Below, piece by piece: positions 52,708-61,865 of a stretch of 64,000 bases of DNA (position 1 is its first letter; every line of letters begins with the position of its first letter). The stretch lies in contig CAVVYZ010000015.1 of the NCBI GenBank assembly GCA_963752595.1, positions 128,001 through 192,000 on the forward strand, in the 5' to 3' direction. Under the pieces are notes generated by a model. The model ran no database searches. It worked only from the letters and a program-made list of their open reading frames with translations, and was not told the DNA's origin. The position numbers were made by a program, and so were the translations under genes. This DNA comes from an uncultured delta proteobacterium (GTDB lineage Bacteria; Desulfobacterota; Desulfomonilia; UBA1062).

Positions 52708-53931
52708 TCAATCTTCAACAGTTACGGGCAGAACAGCCGCCCAATAGTCATTGTTGATCGAATCTTTGACAAATATCAAGATCCTATATAATCCGGAAGA
52801 ATTGAAAGTAAAGGTAGCATTCAAAGGATTATCGGAATATGAATACCTTGCCTGTTCCGGATAATCCCAGTCATAGAAAAACGGCGGATTGCCTTTCGTA
52901 ATCTCAGCCTTGATGCTGATACTTTCACCTGCCTTGACGATTAAATTCTCCGGTCCGACAAGGGAAACCCTCACCATCTCATCTTTAGCAGGAATGGTGC
53001 CGTAATTTGATTGATCAACCACGGTAATGAGCCTCTGATCGCTAGCACTGTTTCCATCAGAGTCCTCTGCCGTAAGAATCAGGGTATAGTTGCCGGGGCT
53101 AAGAGAGGGTAATATACCAGGTGGATAGACACCCTCGAAGATTTTTGTCTCGTCACTGTTGTTTTTGAGGACCCAGCTAAATGTATATTGTTTTGATCCA
53201 CCGAAGGCAGCTCCCTCGATGGGGATTGTCTGACCTTGTATAAGGAAAACATTTAGCTGAGGCTTTACAATTCCTGCTGTCAGGATGACGTCTTCAGCTT
53301 CAATTTCTTCCTGTTCTATTTCAAACAGAGTGTTCTCGAAATGTTGTATTGCCCCCTCTTCCGAGACGAGAGAATACTGGTGCTGCTCTGAGCTTTCTTC
53401 TCCAACGGGTATCCCATTATTATTAAGTTCATCGAACAGCCTGGTAACATCGGGATTCGTATCGAGAGGGTCATTGAAGTTAAATGAGAAGTCTGCCAAA
53501 ATGTTTCTTGCTCTCTCTGAGATTTTTATCCCGTTATTAGGGTTTCCGTCATCGTCCAATGATATGAGGAACCGGCAGATATTAATCACGGTAGGGTTTG
53601 TCGCATCCACAGCACCCGGAACGAGATCGATAGGTGTGATATTTTTTTTTGCCGGAGTCGTACCGAGTATGACACTTCCTACGGAGAACGTAATATTTTC
53701 CCCAGCCTGGAAATTAAAGGAGCCGCTATCATCGGTATATCCTTTCCATTCAAACGTGGAATAATAAAGGCCGCTTACAGCGCTATCCCGGAAGGCTCCT
53801 GTTTGGGCATTTCCAGGAGTTGCCAATGGTCCGTTGCCGCCGCCACCGGAACACCCTGCGATAAGAACTGAAAAAATAATGATGTATAAGGTGCCTAAAG
53901 TAGTAAGCCTGGAAGAACTCATACCGACCAC
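52708..53931 (-). CDS. Hypothetical surface lipoprotein with Ig/PKD-like C-terminal domains
   Basis: IAGC lipobox followed by SGGGG; YTFSW..PGNYTLILTAEDSDG and GLYRILIFVKDS beta-sandwich-like motifs. Confidence 0.7.
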   Translation of the reverse strand: MVGMSSSRLTTLGTLYIIIFSVLIAGCSGGGGNGPLATPGNAQTGAFRDSAVSGLYYSTFEWKGYTDDSGSFNFQAGENITFSVGSVILGTTPAKKNITPIDLVPGAVDATNPTVINICRFLISLDDDGNPNNGIKISERARNILADFSFNFNDPLDTNPDVTRLFDELNNNGIPVGEESSEQHQYSLVSEEGAIQHFENTLFEIEQEEIEAEDVILTAGIVKPQLNVFLIQGQTIPIEGAAFGGSKQYTFSWVLKNNSDETKIFEGVYPPGILPSLSPGNYTLILTAEDSDGNSASDQRLITVVDQSNYGTIPAKDEMVRVSLVGPENLIVKAGESISIKAEITKGNPPFFYDWDYPEQARYSYSDNPLNATFTFNSSGLYRILIFVKDSINNDYWAAVLPVTVED

Positions 53932-54456
53932 CTCTTTATTGTATCGTAAGCCATGAAAAAAATATCCTTCTCCATATGCCCTAGCTGGAGAAGGAAGAAA
54001 GAACTCCTTTTAAAAAAACATAAAAGCCAGTGCGAAACCTCCTTAACCGACCAAGACAAATGCTTATCCTTACAAGAACAAACCGTATCAATATATATAT
54101 TATAAGTTAGCAAAAATCATGCAATATGGGTAGCGTATTCATATTAATAACTTAGCTGAATGCATCCAGAAAAAAATATTGAAAGTGGTAAATATTTTAC
54201 CAAATGATGGAATGAACTTGCGCTCATTTCATAGTCCAGGGAGAGAAGTCCCTGCAGAGAAACTGCCCGGGTTTTCGACGCCGGGCAATTGCTCTGCAGG
54301 GCAGTTCCTCATTGGGTTACATTTGTGAAGGAATGGTATTGTCCAGGTAGGTCCTGTCTCCAAGCCGGCCCTTATCATCGGCTTTCCAGGTATAAAGCCC
54401 ATCCTATACCGTGATACTGAGACTGAAATACTCACCTGCTGACACAGAGACCCAAT

Positions 54457-55149
54457 TTAGCTTTTCAGGCTTTTATATATAGTGGTCTGGATTCTTCTCT
54501 GGAAGAGTCTCCTGAGAATATACGTTCTGATAAAATCGGCCATCATCGAAATCTCTGTTGTTATCTTGATATTTTCCTTTGAAGATTTTCCCTTGACCGT
54601 CTTTTTCCTCAAGGCAATCTCCTGGTCGATAATCTGGTTGCCGAGATCGATATAAAAGCTGAGCTCCCTGATATCCTGACCATACTCCATTATCCTTTTC
54701 AGCACATCCCTGGCGAACCGTACATCCTCCTGGTTATAGCGCGTTTCGTCCTTCTCCTGGATATATGGCATGATCAACCCGGTTTTTAATGCGAGGGAAA
54801 GCTCTTGCTCGCTGAAGCCGGTAAGCCTGAGAAACTCGGCTTTCCCCACAAGGGTTGCAGGTAGGTCGGTCTGTGTACCAAAGACTGCATCTTCGATGGC
54901 CTCAGCTTCCTCAAGGGTTAAACCCTCGTCTATTCTCCGTAAGATATTTTTAATGACCGAGAGAGGAAAATACTTTGTCTCCTGGAGGTGGCGGATGGCT
55001 TGAATCTTCTCAATGCAGCCTTCATCATAGTAGGCCATGCTCTTGTTGACCTTCGTAGGCTCGGGAAGCAGGCCTTGTCTTACGTAATAACGTATCGTTG
55101 AAGGAGGAACGCCGCTTTTTTTTGCAATCTCCCCAATTTTTAATTCCAT
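54457..55149 (-). CDS. MerR family transcriptional regulator
   Basis: LKIGEIAKKSGVPPSTIRYYVRQGLL; a second HTH-like segment (..GLI....RY..EDV). Confidence 0.9.
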   Translation of the reverse strand: MELKIGEIAKKSGVPPSTIRYYVRQGLLPEPTKVNKSMAYYDEGCIEKIQAIRHLQETKYFPLSVIKNILRRIDEGLTLEEAEAIEDAVFGTQTDLPATLVGKAEFLRLTGFSEQELSLALKTGLIMPYIQEKDETRYNQEDVRFARDVLKRIMEYGQDIRELSFYIDLGNQIIDQEIALRKKTVKGKSSKENIKITTEISMMADFIRTYILRRLFQRRIQTTIYKSLKS

Positions 55150-55166
55150 CCAAGACTCCTTTTAAG

Positions 55167-55219
55167 CATGAAGTGAAGCTATAAGATTCTTATATAAACC
55201 ATCAGATAACCGGTGTCAA
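55167..55219 (-). promoter_or_regulatory. merR promoter plus operator candidate, site 3 of 3
   Basis: Minus-strand TTGACA-N17-TATATA; CATGAAGTGAAGCTATAAG (55167-55185) matches site 1 at 13/19. Confidence 0.45.
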
Positions 55220-55431
55220 ATAGGGCAAAATGTGTTCAGGAGCACCAAGGTTTTTTATAAGGGAAGGAGATTGAACTCATGAAAGGTTAGCTGGTGAAAA
55301 ACATCGTTGTATGAACCCAATTTACAGCAGATATGCTTTGACATCATCAAGATCCGGCAGCCATGAGGAATAGTCCGGAAAGATTCACTATGTCATCAGG
55401 CGCCGGATCTCTAAAGATAGAAAGCGGATGT

Positions 55432-56277
55432 TTACTTGCCTCGATAATATGTCATGGCTTGGGGAATCATTTCTCGAAGCTTCCGGATACGGTCCTGATC
55501 AGCAGGATGGGTGGAAAGGAAGACAGGAGGAGATTGTTTGTTTGATTCGTTGAGCATTCTTTCGAAAAACGTCGGGGCCTCTCTCGGGTCATACCCTGCC
55601 TTTGCCATCAACATCAGCCCTATCTCATCAGCTTCGTACTCATCCCTTCTGCTGAAAGGCAGAGTTACGCCTACCGTACTTGCGAGCCCGTACCCGACAT
55701 TTACCGCCTGGACAGCCGCCGGGCTCCTTCCGGCGATGGCAACGTTCAGACCCTGCTGGCCGAGTTGGAGAAGCAATTGCTGGCTCATGCGTTCAGCGCC
55801 ATGACGGGCAATGGCGTGGGCAATTTCATGGGCCATGACAAAAGCAAGCCCTGCCTCGGTCTTTGTATATGGCAAGATGCCTGTATAAATAGCAACCTTG
55901 CCGCCGGGCAGTGCAAAGGCATTAGCGGTTTTATCATTATCAATCACCGTAAATTGCCAGTTGTATTCCGGCTTGTTTGCGACAGCGGCTATCCTTGTCC
56001 CGATCCTGTTCACCATTGCGTTGGTTTGCGGATCTTTTGAAATCTTTTCCTTGGCGAGAGTCTCCTTGTATGCCTGGAGCCCAAGGGAAGCTTCCTCCTG
56101 CTCGGAAACGAGTATAAGCTGGCGTCTTCCCGTAACTGGTGCAGTAGCGCATCCTGATATGATTATTGCGCACAAGAGAAAAAAGAAAAGGTATCGAACA
56201 GATAAACAAGCATTCCTCATAAGACTAATCTCCTTTATCCGACTCTGTATCAGCTTTGCATGTACATCGACAGACAA
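55432..56277 (-). CDS. M48 family metallopeptidase lipoprotein
   Basis: ISGC lipobox, NAFALPGG, HEIAH, EYEAD, FLSTHP. The true start is probably about 56220. Confidence 0.92.
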   Translation of the reverse strand: MSVDVHAKLIQSRIKEISLMRNACLSVRYLFFFLLCAIIISGCATAPVTGRRQLILVSEQEEASLGLQAYKETLAKEKISKDPQTNAMVNRIGTRIAAVANKPEYNWQFTVIDNDKTANAFALPGGKVAIYTGILPYTKTEAGLAFVMAHEIAHAIARHGAERMSQQLLLQLGQQGLNVAIAGRSPAAVQAVNVGYGLASTVGVTLPFSRRDEYEADEIGLMLMAKAGYDPREAPTFFERMLNESNKQSPPVFLSTHPADQDRIRKLREMIPQAMTYYRGK

Positions 56278-56555
56278 ATTTATTTAAGAAGAAGCACATA
56301 ACGAAAAACAACTCCATCATGTTACGGCAAAACACCTTTCATGATCCGTTAAGGCAAAATATATCGGATGATAATAAAAATTACAAGGCGGCTCATCAGT
56401 TTTTATTTCATACGATTTGGTGTTACTTTTCATTCTAATAAACATGAAAAATATTACACATGAGCCAATTGCCGCACACTATGAGTTTTGCCATTGGCTC
56501 TCTTTTATAAATTTTATAATCAGGGTTTGCATCCATTAGTAAAAAGCATGTACAG

Positions 56556-57245
56556 TCAGGGCATGAACCTATAACCTTTACCGCGGATGCTGATGATGTG
56601 CTCGGGCTTGGTGGGGTCTTGCTCAATATAACGCCGGATGCGGGATATAAAAGTATCTACGGTGCGGGTTTCGATGTCCGGGTCGAGCCCCCAGACATTC
56701 TTCAAAAGTTCCCCCCTGGTCACAATACGCTCCTGGTGGTCGGTGAGGTATTGGATGAGATTTGCTTCATGGGGAGTAATCCGCAATACTTCTCCGTTGC
56801 TTCGGGTTATTTCAAGGGTATTGAAATCAAGTGTATTTCCCCCGATTTTCAGAGTGTCTCCAGGCTTGTACCACTCATAGCGGTCCAGCATGCGTCTGAT
56901 CCGGAGGAGAAACTCCTCGAGGTGAAAGGGCTTGGTGAGATAATCATCCGCACCTGCTTTGAGGCCTTCCACCTTGTCTTCCACACTTGACTTCGCCGTT
57001 AAGATGAGCACAGGGAGCTTGGGATCATCCTTCCTGATGCGTTTGAGTGCCTCGATACCGTTAATGCCAGGCAACATGAGGTCAAGGACTACGAGATCTA
57101 TACTGGAGCCCTCAAGGAGGGAAATTCCTCTTTCTGCACTTGCCGAATGGATAACCTCATATCCTTCAGCCTCGAGGTTGATGTGCAAACCCAAGGCAAG
57201 AGCCTGGTCATCCTCGATGATAAGAATTCTCCATTTTATGCTCAT
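56556..57245 (-). CDS. OmpR-family response regulator
   Basis: IIEDD, LDLMLPG, GADDYLTKPF, winged HTH (TRTVD..RGKGY). Confidence 0.93.
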   Translation of the reverse strand: MSIKWRILIIEDDQALALGLHINLEAEGYEVIHSASAERGISLLEGSSIDLVVLDLMLPGINGIEALKRIRKDDPKLPVLILTAKSSVEDKVEGLKAGADDYLTKPFHLEEFLLRIRRMLDRYEWYKPGDTLKIGGNTLDFNTLEITRSNGEVLRITPHEANLIQYLTDHQERIVTRGELLKNVWGLDPDIETRTVDTFISRIRRYIEQDPTKPEHIISIRGKGYRFMP

Positions 57246-58171
57246 TTTTTCACTATCGGCAGGCGGATGAGGAACGATGTGCCTGAATTATTCAAGCCGG
57301 TGCTAACCTTAATGCTTCCGCCGTGCGCCTTGATGATCATTTTTACCACGTACAACCCCATACCTGTTCCGGAACCCCACATGGACATAGCCTCGGGCAG
57401 CCTCTGGAACAACTTGAAAATATCCCGATATTTTTCTTTGGGGATTCCGATTCCTGAATCGGAAAACCTGATATCCGCCCAGTTATTTTCACAAAGCGCC
57501 TCTATTTCAACTTTTGGAAGGCTTGTTGAATAATGGATAGCATTTTCAGCAAGATTGGAAAACACCAAATTCATCGCTTCTTTATCGATTGAGATTGTCA
57601 TCTCATCGTGAACTTTCATACGAACCTCCACTTCCTTGAGGAGCACCTTGTGGGTTTTCAAGAACTCGTTCAGGAATTCGGAGATGTTCACTATGGAAAA
57701 GACATAGGGTTTTTTTGAATAACTGAGCCGGGCACCCGCGAGAAAATTATCCACCAGCAGTTGGAGCCTCTGGTTTTCGCCCATCATACCATCGAGGAGT
57801 TGGTTCACGGTTTCCGGCGGGAGATCTCTTTTCTTAATGGTTTCCAGGTAAAGCTGCATGGTGGCAAGGGGGGTTTTAAATGCATGAGTTATGGAAGAGA
57901 TGAAGTGCATCTGGGTACGCATGAGGGTGAGTTGTCTCTGGTAGAGGATAAAGAGAATATAGATACCGGCGAGGATGAGCAGAAACAGGACCGATACCTC
58001 GATAATAACAATAATATCCCAGGCACCTATGGGTTTGATCCGTATGGCATTGATTTTGATGTACCAGATAACCCAGATGATGACTATGGAGAGCCAGGCT
58101 ACCTGGAGTGTGATGAAGGTAATAATGGCAGGCCATCGTTTGGGATTTTGCATAACAAAAGGTAATACCAT
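57242..58171 (-). CDS. Small two-TM sensor histidine kinase
   Basis: Two TM helices with a short loop, THAFKTPL H-box, NAIHY, DSGIGI, GTGMGL. Confidence 0.9.
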   Translation of the reverse strand: MVLPFVMQNPKRWPAIITFITLQVAWLSIVIIWVIWYIKINAIRIKPIGAWDIIVIIEVSVLFLLILAGIYILFILYQRQLTLMRTQMHFISSITHAFKTPLATMQLYLETIKKRDLPPETVNQLLDGMMGENQRLQLLVDNFLAGARLSYSKKPYVFSIVNISEFLNEFLKTHKVLLKEVEVRMKVHDEMTISIDKEAMNLVFSNLAENAIHYSTSLPKVEIEALCENNWADIRFSDSGIGIPKEKYRDIFKLFQRLPEAMSMWGSGTGMGLYVVKMIIKAHGGSIKVSTGLNNSGTSFLIRLPIVKK

Positions 58172-58220
58172 TACGTGATTTCTTGTTCCAGGTTTATTTT
58201 AGAAATCTGTTCTGCTGCAT

Positions 58221-59534
58221 CTAATCTGTCATCTCACCTGTCAGGGAGTTGGGATTTGCCCTTATAACCCTTACACGGACCTTTGACCCTACGAGGGAAG
58301 GGGGAGCAATAAAGTTGACAATGGCGTTCTGAGTAGTCCTGCCGTGAACCTGATCAGGGTTGCGCTCACTGATACCATCTACGAGAATCTCATAGATTTT
58401 ATTGACGCGGATCTGACTGCACTCCAGGGTGATCTTCCGCTGCATAGCCTGGAGCCTACTGAGGCGGCTCTGCTTTTCCTCACGGGCCACATCATCGTCA
58501 AGCTCGGCAGCTTTCGTGCCGGGCCGGACTGAGTATCGGAAGGAGTACAGGAGATCGAAACGTACTTCTTTGATAAGGTCAAGTGTATCCTGGTAATCGC
58601 TTTCGGATTCGCCCGGAAAACCGACGATCACATCAGCACTGAAGGCTATGTCAGGACGGGCTGCCTTCAGTTTATGAACAAGTCCAAGATATGCCTTTCC
58701 GGTATACTGCCTGTTCATGAGTCCGAGGATCTTATCCGATCCGGACTGAAAGGGAAGATGGATATGGCTGCAGAGCTTCTCCAAACCTGCAAAGCAGTCT
58801 ATGAGGTCTTCACTCATGTCTTTGGGATGGGAGGTTGTGAAACGGATGCGCTCGATCCCATCGATCTCGTTTATTCCACGGAGGAGGCAGGAGAAGCTCA
58901 TGCCTCCTGAATAAGAATTCACATTCTGGCCGAGGAGAAAGATCTCCTTAACTCCCCGTGAAGCATGCATCCTGATCTCTTCAATAATTCCTTGATGATT
59001 CCTGCTGATTTCTTTTCCCCGGACATAAGGGACAATACAATAGGAGCAGAAGTTATTACATCCCTGCATGATATTGATGTACGCCCGGTGAGAGGGTGTG
59101 ACGAATTCCGGATTGGGGATTATGTCCATGGAAGGAATGCATTCGCTCAGCCGGGTGTCTACCCGGGATTTTTTTTCTCTACGCTTCTCAGAAATAATTT
59201 CAGTAATCCGGTGGAGCTGGTGTGTTCCGAGCACGATGTCAACATGAGGCATACGATCGATGATGTCCTGTCCCTTCTGCTGAGCAATACAGCCGGTAAC
59301 GGCTATTATCAGGGACGGCTTTCTTCTTTTATACGGCCTCAGTCTGCCGATATTGCTTAAAGCCTTCTCATACGCCTTCTGCCTAACGGAACAGGTGTTG
59401 AGGATGATGAGGTCGGCTTCATTGATAGCTTCCGTACGTGTCCAGCCATCTGCTGCGAGCAGAGAATACATCTTCTGGCTGTCGAGGTCATTCATCTGAC
59501 AGCCGTAGGTGAAAATATGCACGCATCCTTTCAT
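58221..59534 (-). CDS. miaB: tRNA (i6A37) methylthiotransferase
   Basis: TYGCQMN, NTCSVR, GC.AQ, GCNNFCSYC, IVGFPGE, TRAM domain; start moved to 59534. Confidence 0.95.
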   Translation of the reverse strand: MKGCVHIFTYGCQMNDLDSQKMYSLLAADGWTRTEAINEADLIILNTCSVRQKAYEKALSNIGRLRPYKRRKPSLIIAVTGCIAQQKGQDIIDRMPHVDIVLGTHQLHRITEIISEKRREKKSRVDTRLSECIPSMDIIPNPEFVTPSHRAYINIMQGCNNFCSYCIVPYVRGKEISRNHQGIIEEIRMHASRGVKEIFLLGQNVNSYSGGMSFSCLLRGINEIDGIERIRFTTSHPKDMSEDLIDCFAGLEKLCSHIHLPFQSGSDKILGLMNRQYTGKAYLGLVHKLKAARPDIAFSADVIVGFPGESESDYQDTLDLIKEVRFDLLYSFRYSVRPGTKAAELDDDVAREEKQSRLSRLQAMQRKITLECSQIRVNKIYEILVDGISERNPDQVHGRTTQNAIVNFIAPPSLVGSKVRVRVIRANPNSLTGEMTD

Positions 59535-59666
59535 GGGCCATATCCATATCCTGCCCATGGTATCACGTCAATACCGTGCATCTGTTATTTAAAGGAAAAA
59601 TTATGTTGCCCGATCATTGAAAAAGCCGATAAAGAGATTAAATTATACAATTTTTGGAGAAAACAT

Positions 59667-60104
59667 ATGGGAAAAAAAGGATTCAGCCTCATGGAAGTAA
59701 TGGTAACTGTGGTTATAATAGGCATTCTCGCTGCAATAGCAATTCCTTCATATACCGGATACGTCACCCGAACAAGGAGGGTTGAGGCGGTAACAGCTCT
59801 CCAGGCCGTTGCCCTTTATGAGGAAAAGGCAAGGGCCGAGAGCGGAAGTTATGTTGCTGAAGACGTTTTAGTGGGCACATATGGCCTTAAGCCTGGCGGC
59901 GGCGGGGAATATACTCCTAGTGAGTATTATGACATCGAGATAGATGCAGATGCAGATACCTTTACTGCCAGTGCCGAAGGAAAGGCGGGCTCCTCCCAGG
60001 CTGGCGATGTAATATTTGGAATCGATCAGGATGGTACCGGATTAAAATGGGATGGCGCACAATTCGTGCCTGACGCCGAATTGTGGAGGTCGTTGAGAAA
60101 ATAG
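59667..60104 (+). CDS. Type IV pilin (PilE-like)
   Basis: Class III signal MGKKG|FSLMEVMVTVVIIGILAAIAIPSY; start moved to 59667. Confidence 0.92.
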   Translation: MGKKGFSLMEVMVTVVIIGILAAIAIPSYTGYVTRTRRVEAVTALQAVALYEEKARAESGSYVAEDVLVGTYGLKPGGGGEYTPSEYYDIEIDADADTFTASAEGKAGSSQAGDVIFGIDQDGTGLKWDGAQFVPDAELWRSLRK

Positions 60105-60252
60105 CAGCACATACTGCCGGATTTGTTTTTCTGTTTTATAAACACAATATTTCTGTCCCGATAAGTGTCTTGTTGAGGTTCTGAACAACTGACTGTGTAT
60201 AATAAAATGAGGTAGTTTAAGATTTTTTCACAGCATCCCGATACCAAATAGC

Positions 60253-60750
60253 GTGAACAGTAAAAGATGGCTTTTCCATCTCTATTTTTTTGTCCTGATA
60301 GGGGGTTGCACTGCCCAGTCAAATATCTCTTCCGACCAGATCTGGCCTGAAGATAAGCGCATGGTGCGGCTGGAGCGGGATGTCCAGATATTATGCGACG
60401 ATCTGGTGAAAAATATAACACCAAACAGCGTCGCTATTACCTGGTACGACAACCTTCATCCTCATTCCCCGATGCTTTCAGAGGCATATGTAGTATCCAT
60501 GTTCGAAAGAAGCCTTATCCGCAGGGGATTTACCGTGAGCCTGGATGAAGAAGATGCATACTACAAACTCATGCTTGCCATGACTCCTTCACAAAAATCC
60601 CTCCTTACTCTGGCATCGCTCACGCATGGCGACAAAATGTTCGCAACAAAAGAAGCGCACTTCGTCAACGGCTCGGAGAAATGGAACAAGGCACTCTGTT
60701 CCTACCGGTTCAGGACAAAGAACAGGATTCCTATAGGGAGCAGACCATGA
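60253..60750 (+). CDS. Hypothetical lipoprotein
   Basis: IGGC lipobox; ATGA overlap with the next gene. Confidence 0.7.
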   Translation: MNSKRWLFHLYFFVLIGGCTAQSNISSDQIWPEDKRMVRLERDVQILCDDLVKNITPNSVAITWYDNLHPHSPMLSEAYVVSMFERSLIRRGFTVSLDEEDAYYKLMLAMTPSQKSLLTLASLTHGDKMFATKEAHFVNGSEKWNKALCSYRFRTKNRIPIGSRP

Positions 60751-61289
60751 AACGTAGTGCGGGCCTCATTTTCGGGTTCTTTCTGCTCGGCTGCTCACAT
60801 ATGCCGCTCATCGATCTGAACAGCACAACCACAATCGATCAATGTGCGAGCCGACTATCCAAGGGCATCTGTAAAGGTCTCGAGGATTCCTATATGGGTG
60901 TAAGCGTACTCGTGAGCGCACCTGTCGATGCAGTCACCTTTTCCTCGAATGAATTCGGACTGGCGTTGCAGGAGTTCATGATCGGCGCAATGGCAGAAAG
61001 AAACTCAAATATCGTTGATATACAGCTCAGAAAAGAGCCGTACATAAATTGCAAGGAGGGGCTGATAAGCCTGAGCAGGGATGTAAGCAGGCTTCGCCCC
61101 GATATCAAGGCTGAGGTCATTGTCGTAAGCACATACGTTGTGAGCAAGGAAGATGTGGTCGTGACTGCACGGGCAATCGACTACACGACCAACGATGTCA
61201 TTGTCTCAGCCACTGCTCATCTAAAACGGACTGAACAGATCGATCATCTCTTGAACAGCAGGGAGCAGGTTCAATTATTTGAAAAATAA
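60747..61289 (+). CDS. FlgO-like outer-membrane lipoprotein
   Basis: LLGC lipobox; FG..L.E, LSRD...L, V.STY..VTARAID..VIVSA pattern. Confidence 0.65.
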   Translation: MKRSAGLIFGFFLLGCSHMPLIDLNSTTTIDQCASRLSKGICKGLEDSYMGVSVLVSAPVDAVTFSSNEFGLALQEFMIGAMAERNSNIVDIQLRKEPYINCKEGLISLSRDVSRLRPDIKAEVIVVSTYVVSKEDVVVTARAIDYTTNDVIVSATAHLKRTEQIDHLLNSREQVQLFEK

Positions 61290-61298
61290 CACAGGGAG

Positions 61299-61865
61299 GT
61301 GGAGATGTCCATGGACATCCAAACTATCCGGAAGATCACCCTTGTAGGTTTCTGCTTTGTTCTTGCCGGGTGTGCTCTTGTAAAGCCGACGCGAGGGCTT
61401 GACGAGGTAACCCCAATAGACTGGGGCTTAGGTGACTCTTTTGAAAGCGGCATAACGGTTCTGCCTTTTGATGCCCAGGACGAAAAATGGGGTGTCTATG
61501 CAGCAAAACAGATGAAGCAGCACCTCCTTGAAAGCAAGGCATTCCGGAGGGTGATTTATTCCGAGAAGGATACCGGAAATGCCCCTTATGCGTTGAAGGG
61601 AGAGCTCGAATACCTGTACTATGGAGGCACTCATTCACCTTCAAAGGTGTGCGTAAGCATGAGGATCATTGACGTAAAAGACGGGCAAACCCGTTTTATG
61701 CGCGTATCAAGGGCATCTTCGGAAAAAGACGCGTTTCACATGACATGGCTGAGCAGGGTATATGTGCCATCGCCTTATCCGGAAGAGATCCTCAATTCCC
61801 TGCTCAAACACATAGCCGAAGATATTGCCCATCGGACATCGCTACCAGCGAAGAAGTGCCCCTGA
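61299..61865 (+). CDS. Hypothetical lipoprotein (CsgG/TolB-N-like fold suspected)
   Basis: LAGC lipobox; VLPF..L....F..V, LKGEL, MRIIDVKDG. Confidence 0.6.
   Translation: MEMSMDIQTIRKITLVGFCFVLAGCALVKPTRGLDEVTPIDWGLGDSFESGITVLPFDAQDEKWGVYAAKQMKQHLLESKAFRRVIYSEKDTGNAPYALKGELEYLYYGGTHSPSKVCVSMRIIDVKDGQTRFMRVSRASSEKDAFHMTWLSRVYVPSPYPEEILNSLLKHIAEDIAHRTSLPAKKCP

Noticed and set aside
54109-54124. Sigma54-like site TTGCATGATTTTTGCT upstream of the lipoprotein gene
   Set aside because: It lacks the invariant GG at -24.
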